Below are positions 25,110 through 36,463 of a DNA stretch of 64,000 nt, one piece after another. The notes beneath the pieces are model-generated. The model saw only the letters and a list, made by a program, of their open reading frames with translations, searched no databases and was not told the origin of the DNA. The first letter of the stretch is position 1. The number at the start of each line of letters is the position of its first letter. The position numbers were made by a program, and so were the translations under genes. Origin of the DNA: Lama guanicoe (lineage: Eukaryota); assembly GCA_013239625.1 (NCBI GenBank), contig MU053594.1:1457654-1521653 (forward strand), read 5' to 3'.

Positions 25110-25740
25110 GTGGGCTCCACCCAACCACTGGCTCCTGGGGCCACTTTGCCTCAGCAAAGGAGATGCACAATGGGAGCATGACTGTGGGGTTCGCTGGTCT
25201 TATCATGTTTCCTGTTGTCCAGAAGCAACAGCCTGAAGGCCTGCGAAACATCAGTTCAGTGATAGCATCCCAGAGGGTGAGGGCACTGTCATCCAGAAGG
25301 TGGGATACACACTCAACCAACATTCTGTTTGGTGTCATGTCCCCAACAGCCATGATATGGAGTCTGGGGACCAAAGAGTGGATGGAGGACTTGCCCCCTC
25401 CCCCTCTTCTCTCCCCGACTTGCAGAATCTCTGCTCTGTCTGCAACCAAGGGCCTGCCAGGTAAGAGTCCTGCTTGTCAAGGAGGAAACTCTTCTGTCAG
25501 TCAGGGTTCCACTGACCTCGGAGCTGAGACCATAACTTAGTCCCTTGGTGCAACCCACGTCCATGGACAAACAGACAAAGGCAGGAGTTACGATTCAAGT
25601 GGGATGGACAGCCCCGATCCCCAGAGAGAGCTAAGTCATCGCTACACAATGCGCGCAGAGAGGACTACTTCTAGAACCCAGGGCGTTCACTGGGGCTTTT
25701 CGAGGTACGATAAAAACTATAAAGGGACAGCTGTAGCAAC
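25110..25740 (+). mobile_element. ERVL internal remnant (integrase core to dUTPase-like region)
   Basis: ORF 24976-25236 ends QWEHDCGVRWSYHVSCCPEA, compared with ERVL integrase QWAHAHGIHWSYHVPHHPEA. Downstream GGAGTTACGATTC..CCCGATCCCCAGAGAGAG..CTACACAATG resembles the GVTVLAGVIDPDYQ..LLHNG dUTPase segment. Confidence 0.7.
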
Positions 25741-27879
25741 CACAGGCTAGCACGGGCTGGCATCTAAGGGCAATTAAGAGATAAACGTAGCCTCAGTCTT
25801 TGTCACCTGGTGTGCCCGGGGGCCAGCAGCAGCGTGACCTGAGAGCTTGTTAGACGTGCAGACTCTCAGGCCCGTCCCCAGACCTCAGAATCAGACTGCA
25901 TTTTAACGCAACATTTTAATTCACATGGACCTTAAAGTAGAGACACTTACCAGGCAACCCCGCTAGGCAAAAAACCTAGAACTTTCAGCGGAAGGTGAGA
26001 GAAGTCTAGACTGAGAAATGGCAGGTGTGGGGATGGTGAATAATAAGTGTGTCCTCAAACCAGCGGCAGAGGCAGGCGTGGTAGATTCTTTCACTTACGC
26101 TTTTTTCAGAGAGAGTGGCTGGTTACAGCCTTGACGGAGAATTGGCGACTGATTGAATCTGTCTTTCCCCCTCAGGGAAAAAGTGAGGTTATCTTGTCCT
26201 TGCAGTGATGTTGGCTGGTATTCTGGTGTGGGGATACAGCAGGAGAGCATCGGCAGAGCTGAGTGGGGCCCCCCTGAATTGCATCGACATCCCCCAGGTG
26301 CCCCCTCAGATCCTGTTGGCCTCACCTGTCTCAGGACCCTCGGCCACGTGGCAGCTATGGACTCTGTGTGACTCCACCAACCAGCACCCAGCCATCTCTT
26401 CCAGACTCAGGCGATCACCTCCGCATAGGGTGAAGGACCACGTCAGGCAAACTGGTTAATTCCTCAGGGCACAGTTTGGTGAAAGGGAACAAGAGATGGA
26501 AGGATGCTTCTCCGTGCCCTTCCTTCCCTTGGACAGACGGTCCTGAGATGGAGCCGCTCCAATGGCCTCTCTCAAAATGGCGTCACTAGGCTGAGCAGTT
26601 ATAGGTGCCTTGTCTGAAGCAGTGGCCAGCCTGGTGATGAACACCGTGTGTTTCAGCCTCCTCCATCCCAGCCTGGCTCTCCCTTTCTTCTTCACTCCCA
26701 CTTTCTTGGTTTTCACTCTCCCAGAAAATGATGGCAGGTTTTGCCTCGGGCTCTGCTTTCTAGAGTTCCTAAGCTATGATGCCTTTAATGGCGAAGACCA
26801 TGTTTTATCTTTCCACCTCACTCCGTATCTTTGCCCAGTGGTTCACACAGCGTAAGAACTAAATATTTAGCGCTGGGAGACACCTACCCAGAGAGGAGGG
26901 ACTGAAAAACTGGCAAGGATATGGGACATTCCCACTCCGTAAGGTTTGTAAGGAACTTCAGCGCCAGCAGTTAAGGGATTCAGGAGACATGGGGATGATG
27001 CTAGGGAGCTGCTTGCTGTCTGGCTTTGGTTTAACACCATCTTGCCAATGAACATCCAATACTCACCAACCTTGAAACCACATGTGCGTTTGTTTTCCCA
27101 ACATCATACTCATGGCAGTGGGGTAATTTTTTCTCAGATTGGGTCTCATTCCCCTGGCAAGTATCTTATACGGTCTGAGCAATGGTTCATCAGCCAAAGG
27201 TAAGGGCAAAATTCTCATTGAGAACACGCTTTTCTCTTCCTTCAAGTCCCCAGCACTAACTGATGATGACAACTTGCAAGTGAACTGCTTTGTTCGGTTC
27301 TATTTTAGAACACGCCAGACCAGCCCCGGGCTTCCAGCCTCTGGCTTCTGCATGCGCAGTTCTGATTCCACAGGGTCTACATGACATCCATGGCCTTGTG
27401 GCCCTGGTCTCCCAGGTGACCCAGTTGCATCCCACGCACCAGCTGGGGAAGCAGGCCAGGTTCCAGGGTAGTTACTGTTACTGAAGACCTCCCCCCACTG
27501 CCACCTTAAGAAGGACGAGAAGCAGGGCTGGCAAGTAGGAAACCCTCAGAAAAGGGGAGCCACTGGGACCCTGATCCTTCTTGTGACTCTGCCCTTTACT
27601 GAAAGGCTTCTGCCTGAAACTAAGGTTTATTTCATACACCAGGGGCCTCCAGGACAAAGTAGGATTATGTAACTAAGGCTCTTGACCTGAAGAAGAAATG
27701 AAAAAAAAATACAGTAAAATAGCTAACATGTATCCAGGGCTTGCTGTGTTTTAGACCCTGGGTTAAGTGATTTTCATCTATTATTTCATTTTATCCTAAT
27801 CTAAGGGCTGGGTACCATTATTATTTTAAGTTTACAGATAAGGAAAGTGTGGCTCAGAAAAGTTTAAAAACTTACCCAA

Positions 27880-28995
27880 CCTACAGAGCAGGAGAAAATA
27901 TATTTGCAAATTATGTATCTGATAAGGGACTTGTATCCAGAGTCTATAAACTTGTTACAGCTCAGTAGTTAAAAAGACCAATGATTCAATTTAAAAATGG
28001 GCTAAAGATCTTTTTTCCAGAGAAGATGTACAAATGGCCAATAAGCATCTGAAAAGATGCTCAATGTCGTTAGTCATCAAGGAAATGCAGAGTAAAACCC
28101 TGATGAGAGGCCACTTCAAACCCACTAGGACGGCTATGATCAATAAAAAAAAATAATAACAAGTGTCTGCAAGGCTGTGGAAAAAGCAGAACCCTCTGAC
28201 ATTGCTGGTGGAAATGTGAAATGGTCCAGCTGCTTTGGAAAACAGTCTGGCAGTTTCACAATAAGATGAACATAGAGTTACCATGTGACCCAGCAATCCC
28301 ACTCCTAGGTATATACTCAAGGGAAATAAAAACGTATGTCCACATGAGGTGGCAGGAAAGGGGGCAGGGCACAACCACTGAAGGAAGGATACAGCCACTG
28401 AGGACAGGGCAAACTGGTTAGAACCAAGATGGCAGAAGATGCAATTTCCAGTGGACCCTGAGCCCCGTGGCACCCGCAGGCACATGACAGTGCCTAGGCT
28501 GACCACAAAAGGTCAAAAGGTGGGGGGAAATCCTCGCCCCTCCCCCAAAGTGGTTGGAATAATCCTCCAGCCTATTAGCGTATGAAATTACCGAGCCCAT
28601 AGACCCTAACAACCCCGCACCTCGTGGCCGCTCTCTCTCGCGTTCTGAGACGGCCCGCGCTCTGTCTATGGAGTGTGTGTCTGCTTTTACTTTAAACTAA
28701 ACCCCACACCTCTCAGCTTCCCTCCCTCTCACCTTTCTGAGATGGCCCGCATCGTACGTGTGGACTGTGTTTTCCCTTCTGAGTGAGACAGCCCCACTCT
28801 CTGTGGAGTGTGTGTCTCTCTGAATAGACTTGCTTTCACCGTACCGTGCCTTGCTCTTGAGTTTTTTCCTGCGCGAGGCAAGAACCTGTGCTCCCACAAC
28901 ACACACAGAAACTTCTACATGAATGTTCATAGCAACGTCATTCATAATAGTCAACAAGTAGACACAATGTCCATCAACTGATGACTGGATAAAAA
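27880..28995 (+). mobile_element. Old L1M ORF2 3' end, split by a solo LTR
   Basis: GAGAAAATATTTGCAAATTATGTATCTGATAAGGG..GTTACCATGTGACCCAGCAATCCCACTCCTAGG. The L1 resumes after the LTR at CAGAAACTTCTACATGAATGTTCATAGCA. Confidence 0.85.
28345..28901 (+). mobile_element. ERV1-class (MER41-like) solo LTR
   Basis: TG(AGG)..(CAA)CA termini; 4-bp TSD CACA at 28341-28344 and 28902-28905; AACCAAGATGGC motif; 3' end CTCTTGAGTTTTTTCCTGCGCGAGGCAAGAACC. Confidence 0.85.
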
Positions 28996-31061
28996 CTTGC
29001 CCCGGCACACATAACCTCTTCTTCCGAGTCAATGAAAGTTAGACAGGACCCTTGATTATCTGTCTATTGCCACTAGTATGGGGATTGAGAAATGAGTAGA
29101 AGTTGGTGGGGAGGAAGGAAGTTAAAGACAGTGGATAGGGAGAAGGCACTGTGGGAATGTGAGGACAGTCTCCTTATTCACCTAAATGATTCACATGGAA
29201 GCTCTTCAAGGATCTAAGATGAGAATCCTAATGGCAATATTATCTCCGGGTGGAAGTCCCCATCACTGAGCAGGAATAAAGCAGATTGTGTGGGAGAAGG
29301 AACCCCACACCTGCTAGCAGGTGTCTCATGACCTGCAGGGATGTTGTGTGTGTACCTTTCAGGGAGTGTCTGGGTTTCCTGTAACCCCAGGGCCTGACCC
29401 ACTACAAATACTGAACAAGTGCTTGAAGAATCTAACTGAATTCTCTCTATGTTGGGGCCAGTCTCTTGGGAACCTCGTGCCCAGTACCTAACAATGCTTT
29501 GTACATCATGAACATTCAATAAATTCTGAATGGATGGTTAAGTGAATAAGTACCTTTGAGCCTGGGGGGGGGGGCAGGTTCCTGTATATTTGTGAGGTAT
29601 CAGGGAGGAAATTGAAGTACCAAGTTTAACTCCTAAGGGAAAAGATAAGGTCATTGACCATACTTTGGCCCCCAAATGTTATCCTCCCCGTCTACCATCA
29701 CCACCACCAGTGACATCTGGAATTGAGGCCATGGGTTTTCAAGAATCCCCCAATTTATGACTGGTAATTTGGTAAAGGACACCATTAGAAATTTCTAGCT
29801 AGGAGGTACCTTAGAGATCCTTGAGCTATTGAAGAAAAAGAAGGCTGAAAGAAGAACTATCATTTTGTGGGAGTGTGACAAGTGGCTGTGTAATTTCTCA
29901 AAGATGAGCTGAGCCCAGACAGGGAGTTCACGCATCAGCACAAGTGCCTATAATATCAAAAGTTTAGGAAACTGACATCGTGTCTGTCACACATGATTTG
30001 AGCTGATTACTGGTTCTGGATAATTCACTCCCCCCAGAAAGTATGGCTATATGACCAGGGTTTTGCTGGCAGGCATTACCAAGGAAGAAAGAAAGCTTCC
30101 CAAAATGGCTCAATGTAAAACGTGCACAATGGACACTGGTGAGTTGTGCTAACGGGCCGGCGGAGACCACAGACCCAGCCCCTTCCCCAGACCTGCCCAG
30201 GAGAAACATTCTGGGCCAGAAATTCAGAAACCTATTTGCCTCCCACAAGCATCAGGATGATAAGGGCAACACTGTTCCCCAAGGGGACCTGCGTCCTTGC
30301 GCAGAGCAGTGGGGCGATCTAATTTCTAATAATGAGGCTGCAAGCTCCAGCGTGTGTCTACAAAACAGGCACATTTGTGAAGAGCAAATATGTCAGCTAA
30401 TTCAAGAGGCATGCTAAATCTCTATTGTTTTCTGAAGTCCAGGCTTCCTGGCTCTATAAACTGCGATGCCCACCTTCAATGTGTGCAGCGGAACCTGTGA
30501 GATTGCAGAACTCCACATTAAGCCCGGAGCTCCGGGGCTAATGAGGGTAAGTCCATTTTGCAGTAATGAATTGTTGGTAATAGCCCATCCTGGAACAGAT
30601 GTCTCATCCGTCATTGCCCCAAGACTCCGACTCTCCAGATATTTGGAGGTGGCACAGCCCAGGGCGGGATCCTCATCTCTGGACTCCTGAATGGAGCCAA
30701 CCCCGTGACAAACATCAGTGGATGCCTATACCGTGTGATTGGAGGCCCCCCAAATCCTCCCTTAAGCAAAATAGGTCCCCACCCACCTGCCACAGGGCTT
30801 AAAATATCCCCCTTTGAATTGTCTATTAAAATGTAAATATGTCACCTGGAAGAAGTAACACATTAAATTAGCATCCATTATCATTCTTTTCACAGTAGGG
30901 AGAGCTGGGCCCTGAGGGAAGGGGTGGGGGGAGGACAGGGAGTCGTCTCTGAAGGGTGACATAGAAGCCCCACCCCCCCAAGCAGGTGTCAGGACAAGAG
31001 GCAGGGCCAGGCGAGGCCCACAGAGCCTGCTACCCAGCCAGCCCCGCTCAGCCCACCCTCC

Positions 31062-31077
31062 TGCCACCAGGGGGTGT
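31062..31077 (+). promoter_or_regulatory. CTCF-like motif
   Basis: TGCCACCAGGGGGTGT, close to the core consensus CCACCAGGGGGCGC. Confidence 0.5.
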
Positions 31078-31398
31078 TTTAAGTGTAACATTTCCCCAGT
31101 TACGTGAGTCACTCAAAGAAGAGTCCATAACTTACTCTTGCAAATTCGCAGAACCTGGCACTTGAACATTTAGAAAACCCCAAGTACCTCTCGAATAAAT
31201 GTTTGCTGATAAATGACTTTTATCCCTCAGGAAATCAGAGGAGGTATTATGACCATTTTATAGATGAGGAAACTGAGTCTCACGGGAGTCCAAGCACATG
31301 GGTTGAAGAGCAAGCTCTGGATACACAAAGAGGCAGACAAAGAGTGCACACCTTGTCTAAGGAGAAGAATACAGGTAGGAGATAAGAGGGGACAGTGA

Positions 31399-31553
31399 TG
31401 GGGAGGGCGGTGATATTGGTAGAGCGTATGCTTCGCACACACCAGGTCGTGGGTTCAATCCCCAGTACCTCCCTTAAAAATTAATAAATAAGCCTAATTA
31501 CCTCCATTCCCACCACCCCAAAAAAAACCCTATAAATGAAATAAATTTTTTAA
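31399..31553 (+). mobile_element. Vic-1-type SINE with 3' extension
   Basis: GGTAGAGCGTATGCTTCGCAC..GGGTTCAATCCCCAGTACCTCC followed by TAAATAAGCCTAATTACCTCC. Partial TSD AAGAGGGGA. Confidence 0.8.
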
Positions 31554-31983
31554 AAGAGGGGAATAAATTGGGACCCGATTTTGAGTGCCTCTGAACGCTG
31601 ATCTGAGAGTTTTGAATGTTATTCTGGGAAGCTTGGAAAGTTTGTTTAGGAACTGGGAATGCAGGAACCAGAAGAATACAGGGAAATGTGGCAGGTGAGA
31701 CTTTAGAAAGAGTATTGGCCTGGAGGAACATAGGACGGGTTAGAAAATCAAGAAACTGAAGACTAGTTAAGAGGTTCTTTTTGTGAGTCAGATCCACGAT
31801 AGCAGCAGTGGAAACAGAGGGGGCCACACATTTGAGAGGCTTTATGAATGAGAAGTAGGCGGGCCTTAGTGACTGATGAATGGGGAGGGGTGAGGGCCAA
31901 GGGGGAAGTGGGGGGACATTGATGAGATTTCAAACCCACTTAACTGAATCGTCAGCAATGGGAAACTTTGAAGAGAAGCATGC

Positions 31984-32080
31984 TTTTGTTCGATGGTAAG
32001 GTAAATTCCACCAATGGTATGGTAAATTACCACCGTGGTAAATTCCACCTTTTTTTGTTCAAAGGTTGGTAAATTCCACC
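31984..32080. repeat. Short imperfect array of GGTAAATTCCACC (four copies)
   Basis: Copies start at 32000, 32021 (GGTAAATTACCACC), 32037 and 32068, inside an L2-like relic. Confidence 0.85.
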
Positions 32081-35000
32081 ATCAATGGGTAGAGGAAAGT
32101 GACAAGGGAACACCCAGGTAAAGATGCCCGTGGGGCCTTTGGTATCAAACATCTCAAGGAGATTTAGCACCAGCCAGAGATGTGATCTCTGAGAAAGCAG
32201 AAAATGAGGCCAAATCAGAGCCTCCCTGAATGAAGCAGACAGAGCCGGACAGTGTAGTGACAGCTGAAGCCAAGTGAGTGTTTCGGGGAGGTGGACGTGA
32301 CAGTGCTGCCGAAGGCCGGGGGAGTGAGAAGCAGCTGTCGGCTTTCAGATCAGTCTGCCTCTGGTTCTCTCTAAGAGGACCTTCAGCAGTGTGGAAAGGG
32401 CAGCGGGGCAGAGGGCAGCGAGGAGAGGGAGCTGTGAGGAGGGAGGAGAGCATGTTATCCTTGGTGGCGTTCAGTACAGGGAGAGCTGAGCCTGTGTTTT
32501 ATGTGACGTGGAAGGAGCCGGTGCAGAGAGATTGAAACATGACAGAGAGAGTGGGAGATGTGGGGGGAGATGGGAGGTGGGGGCAGGACAAGGAAGCAGC
32601 AGGAAGGAAGGGGCTGGGAGACCAGGGGAGGGTTGAGAGCAGGAGGAGAAAGTGGGCGTCTAGCATGAAGGAGCAAGGAGCAAACAGGGAGGCAAGTCCA
32701 AGAGATCATTTTACTGAAAAACCAGAAAAATAAGTTTACAGGGTTCAGGCTGGTGAAAAAGAAAGTAAACTCCCCAGGAAACAGGAGGGGCTCCCAGATG
32801 GCAAAGGACGTGATTCAGATGTTGCGAAGATTTGTCCAAAGTAGCAACAGTGCAAATTGTTTCAAAGGTTAGACAGTCTAACTTATTGCTGACAGTCCAA
32901 ATAATGAAGTCTGCCTCTAGAATTACCAGGTCATGAACACCAGTGCTAGGGAGGTCCCGGGACATCACCTGATCCAACTCTCTTAGTTCACCAAGCAAGA
33001 AAACAAGGTCCAGAGAGGTAAGTAAATTAACCGAGATCACACAGCTAGTTAAGGGCTCAACCTGGACCAGAATCTAGGACTCCTGGTCAAGTATAATTCC
33101 CACCGAATAGCAACTGTGTGCTGGATTTCCTGGGATAATTCCAATCACGTATAACTTATCCTTTCTAATAATGGGAATTATGTTAAATATATAACAACGT
33201 ATGATTTCATTTTGGCAATTTCAGTAGGCTTTTCATGTTAAATTTATGAAAAAAGCAATTAATCAGGAAAAGCGAGTCTTTTGTCTGATAATGTCTCCCA
33301 ATTTTTGGTTCTGCAAATACAGGCATTTCAATTACATGGCAGAGGTATTACGAGCATGGCTCTGGAGTCGGAGAGGCGCTGCTGGAAATCCAAGTAAGAC
33401 TGCCACTTACTACTTGGGTGACATTGAACGAGATGAGTGACCTCCTCTGGGAGAGGAGCCTCAGCCCTCCCACGGTGGCAAGGAAGGGAGGCAGACAGCC
33501 ACAAGCAAGCACGCTGTCATCATCAGCCTCAGCATGGAAGAAAAGTTGGGGGGTGACACCCAGAAAGGGAAGCAGGCAAAACTGCGACTAATAACATTTT
33601 CCCTCTGGTATAATCCCTGTGTTTCAGCCAGAGACGATTTGGAGGCTTTTTGAGAGGCAGACCTGAAGAGAAAATGTAATTACTTTTTCCTGCACTTGAA
33701 TTTCAAGGCAGTGTCCCTTTGAAATACCAAAAAAAAAAAAAAGGCACTTGAGGGGTGGACAGGAGGCGGCAGGAAGAGAAGCGAAGGATGGAGAAGGATC
33801 AATCATGCTGAAGCCTGTGACATTTCGCCAAAGTGACTCCTTTTGGGAGCAGCTGGTACAGATGTCGTTCAGCTGAGACGGTAGGAAGCCGGAGAGAGCC
33901 ATGGGCTCTGCAGGAAATGACATGATCTGCTCCTCCTCTCACCACCACTCCCCTCCCCACCAGATCCTGCCTCTCTGGGGAAGAGTCAGGACCGGGCACT
34001 TAGCTGAGGTCACTGGCCTTGCGGTGGCTGCAGACATCTTGTAGCTTTCACGGCAGTCATAATGAGGCACATATCCAACCGCAGGAGAGCCGCTCCCACC
34101 ACAGAACTCTGGGGGTCTCTGTCCAGAGACAGCAAAGCTCTGAACCCCACTTCTCCTGCATGGACCAGCAGACCAAGAGAGACAGCACCATGGAGCCACT
34201 TTCAACAGAGCATCCAGTCGGGAGATGGGGAAATGCAACTGCTGATGGCTAGAGAGTAGGTGTGGGTGAGTGTCTAGAACAGGCAACCCTGGGGCTCTGC
34301 AAATTGATAATCTAGGGGCATGAAAGAAGGGAGGAGAATAAGAGAAATTTAAGCCAACCTAAGGTTGAATCTGGTCTTGCCACTCACTATAGGACCTTAG
34401 CAAGTTATTGAACCTCTATGCCTCAGTTTCCTCATATGAAAAAAAGAGATAATACAGCTCATGAGGATGTCAAGAAGATGAGATGTGTGTGTGTTGCAAG
34501 TGCCTAGAAGCGAGCAGGTACCCAACGGACAGTCTTACATACACACATGGGTTAGTAAGGAAGTATCAAATTCATGCACACTGACAAAAATCACAGGTCC
34601 CTGGCCAAGGTCTCAGAGTCATCGTCCAGGAGGAAGGACATTCATAAAATTCAAAAAGACATGATGAGACCATCCTTTCAGGCTCCTGATGTTCCCAGAC
34701 AGGCGCTGCCCGTCACCAGAAACTGATGAGAACTTCAGACCAAATGGATCCTTCTGGAGTCTGAGATACCTGACCCACTGGCAAAACCACTTCTTAAAAT
34801 AATGTTCTTATTTTTAAATTTTACTTGCAATATGCATTATGTGATTTATGCCTCCACACACTTTCTAAAAATATTTGCTGCAACTCTGTACTGATGTGAA
34901 ATCTACTTGGTACCATAATGTTGGGTACATGGTAAGTGGACCTACTGAGTGAGTTCTTGGTCTTCTTGTTACAGCTGGTCTGAACGCGCTGTCCAAATGC

Positions 35001-36150
35001 TGATCTGGGAGTGTTCCTCTCGTTCTAGAAATCGGTGGTTTCCGGTATAAACCAAGGCCTTGTAACTAACCTAGAGGGCTGGTTCCTTTGAAGGCTAGTG
35101 CCTTCAAAGCTGTGTGCCCACCTTGGGGATGGGGTGGGGTGGTTATACAGCCACAGCTCAAACAATAAAGCATTGATGACAATCAACAGAATCGTCTTCT
35201 CATCAGAAGACTTAGAATGGCGTCATGATGCCTCCAGGCGACCAATTCTATAAAGGCTAGCAGTTAAATCTCTTTCTCTAGCAAGCACTCAAGGCGTGGT
35301 CTTCTTGGTAATTCAGGCTATTGTAAGGTTACAGTCCTGTGAGCTTCTCCCTGGAGAAGGACTCAGAGACCAAGCATGATTATTACTTTCAATTACTGGA
35401 ACACAGTAGAAACAAGATCAATAGCTTTAGTTTTAACAATGGGCCTGAAGCCGTGGGTGGCGACCTGTCAGCCAGGTTTGTTGACTGTTCTAAGGGCTAG
35501 CATAAGAATAAGCAATCTGTTAGCCTATGTGCGGCCAGGACTCAAGGTGATAAATTCAAAGAAATACCTTTGGGAAAGACTGAGCTTAAAGCAAGTTTTC
35601 ATCAGACATCAACAACAACAAAAAGTCACAAGCAAGAGACAGTCAGGTGGAGAGAAAACTGAGTGAACAAGTGGGAAATGAGTGTTTCCTCATTCTGGCA
35701 AATACAGATGGTTCGTATAGTTCTGTTTTGGAAGGAGAGAAGAAAAATTGCTCAACAAACTAAGGCTTTCTCTTTGGTTTTTCGAAAGCAGTCATTTACT
35801 GAATTTCACCTGTCAGAGGCTCCCCCGCTCGCGTGAAATGATAAACATATAGGCTCTGTCTCTCAGCAGAGCAAGACTTGAATCCTAGCCCTAAGACTTT
35901 CTGTGTACACTTATATAAGTTGTTTAACCTTCCTGGGCCAGAGGTTTCCTATCTGTAAATGGAAATCAGAAATGGCCAGAAGCCCCAAAGCTATGCTCCC
36001 AATCATCAAAGACTTAAACCATAATAGGAAAATTTAGGGTAGATTGAAAGATACTTCTTACTCAAGGCTTCCAATAACTGGGCTTTGTTTAATATTTTGT
36101 TGGGTTTTTTCCTGTTGTTTGTTTTTGCTTTTAATAGGGAGCTCTATTTT

Positions 36151-36463
36151 TTTAATAGACTTTATTTTTTTTTAGCAGTTTCAGGTTTACAGCAGAATTG
36201 AGCAGAAAATATAAAGTTCCCACACAGCCCTCCCCACCCACACACATATACTCCCCTACCCTCAACATCCCTCATCAGTGCGACATATTTGGTACAATTG
36301 ATGAACCAGCATGGGCACATTATTATCAACCAAAGTCCACAGTTTACATTAGGGCTCACTCTTGATGTTGTACATTCTATGGGTTTTGACAAATCATAAT
36401 GACATGTAGCCACCACTACAGTATCATACAGAATAATTTCATTGCCCTAAAATTCCCTTGTGC
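36151..36463 (-). mobile_element. L1MC1/2-like 3' end with preserved TSD
   Basis: TTTAATAGACTTTATTTTT..CAGTTTCAGGTTTACAGCAGAATTGAGCAG..GTTTACATTAGGGCTCACTCTTG. TSD AGGGAGCTC(T/C)ATTTT at 36136-36150 and 36464-36478. Confidence 0.85.

Noticed and set aside
27991..28506. 171-aa minus-strand ORF and similar hydrophobic ORFs (2191, 3854, 41363, 59695, 60843)
   Set aside because: These are antisense readings of L1, LTR or SINE sequence; the hydrophobicity comes from T-rich strands.
31984..32080. CRISPR-like repeat-spacer array
   Set aside because: The repeat is only 13 bp, spacers are 2-18 bp and partly repeat-derived, there are no cas genes, and the context is eukaryotic.
32550..32650. G-quadruplex-like G-run clusters (also about 30915-30940 and 60508-60550)
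   Set aside because: Such purine-rich tracts are common in mammalian DNA and nothing here indicates function.
33624..34286. Cluster of overlapping ORFs and minus-strand acceptor-like sites
   Set aside because: No recognisable protein similarity, no matched canonical donor, and stops appear soon after the acceptors.
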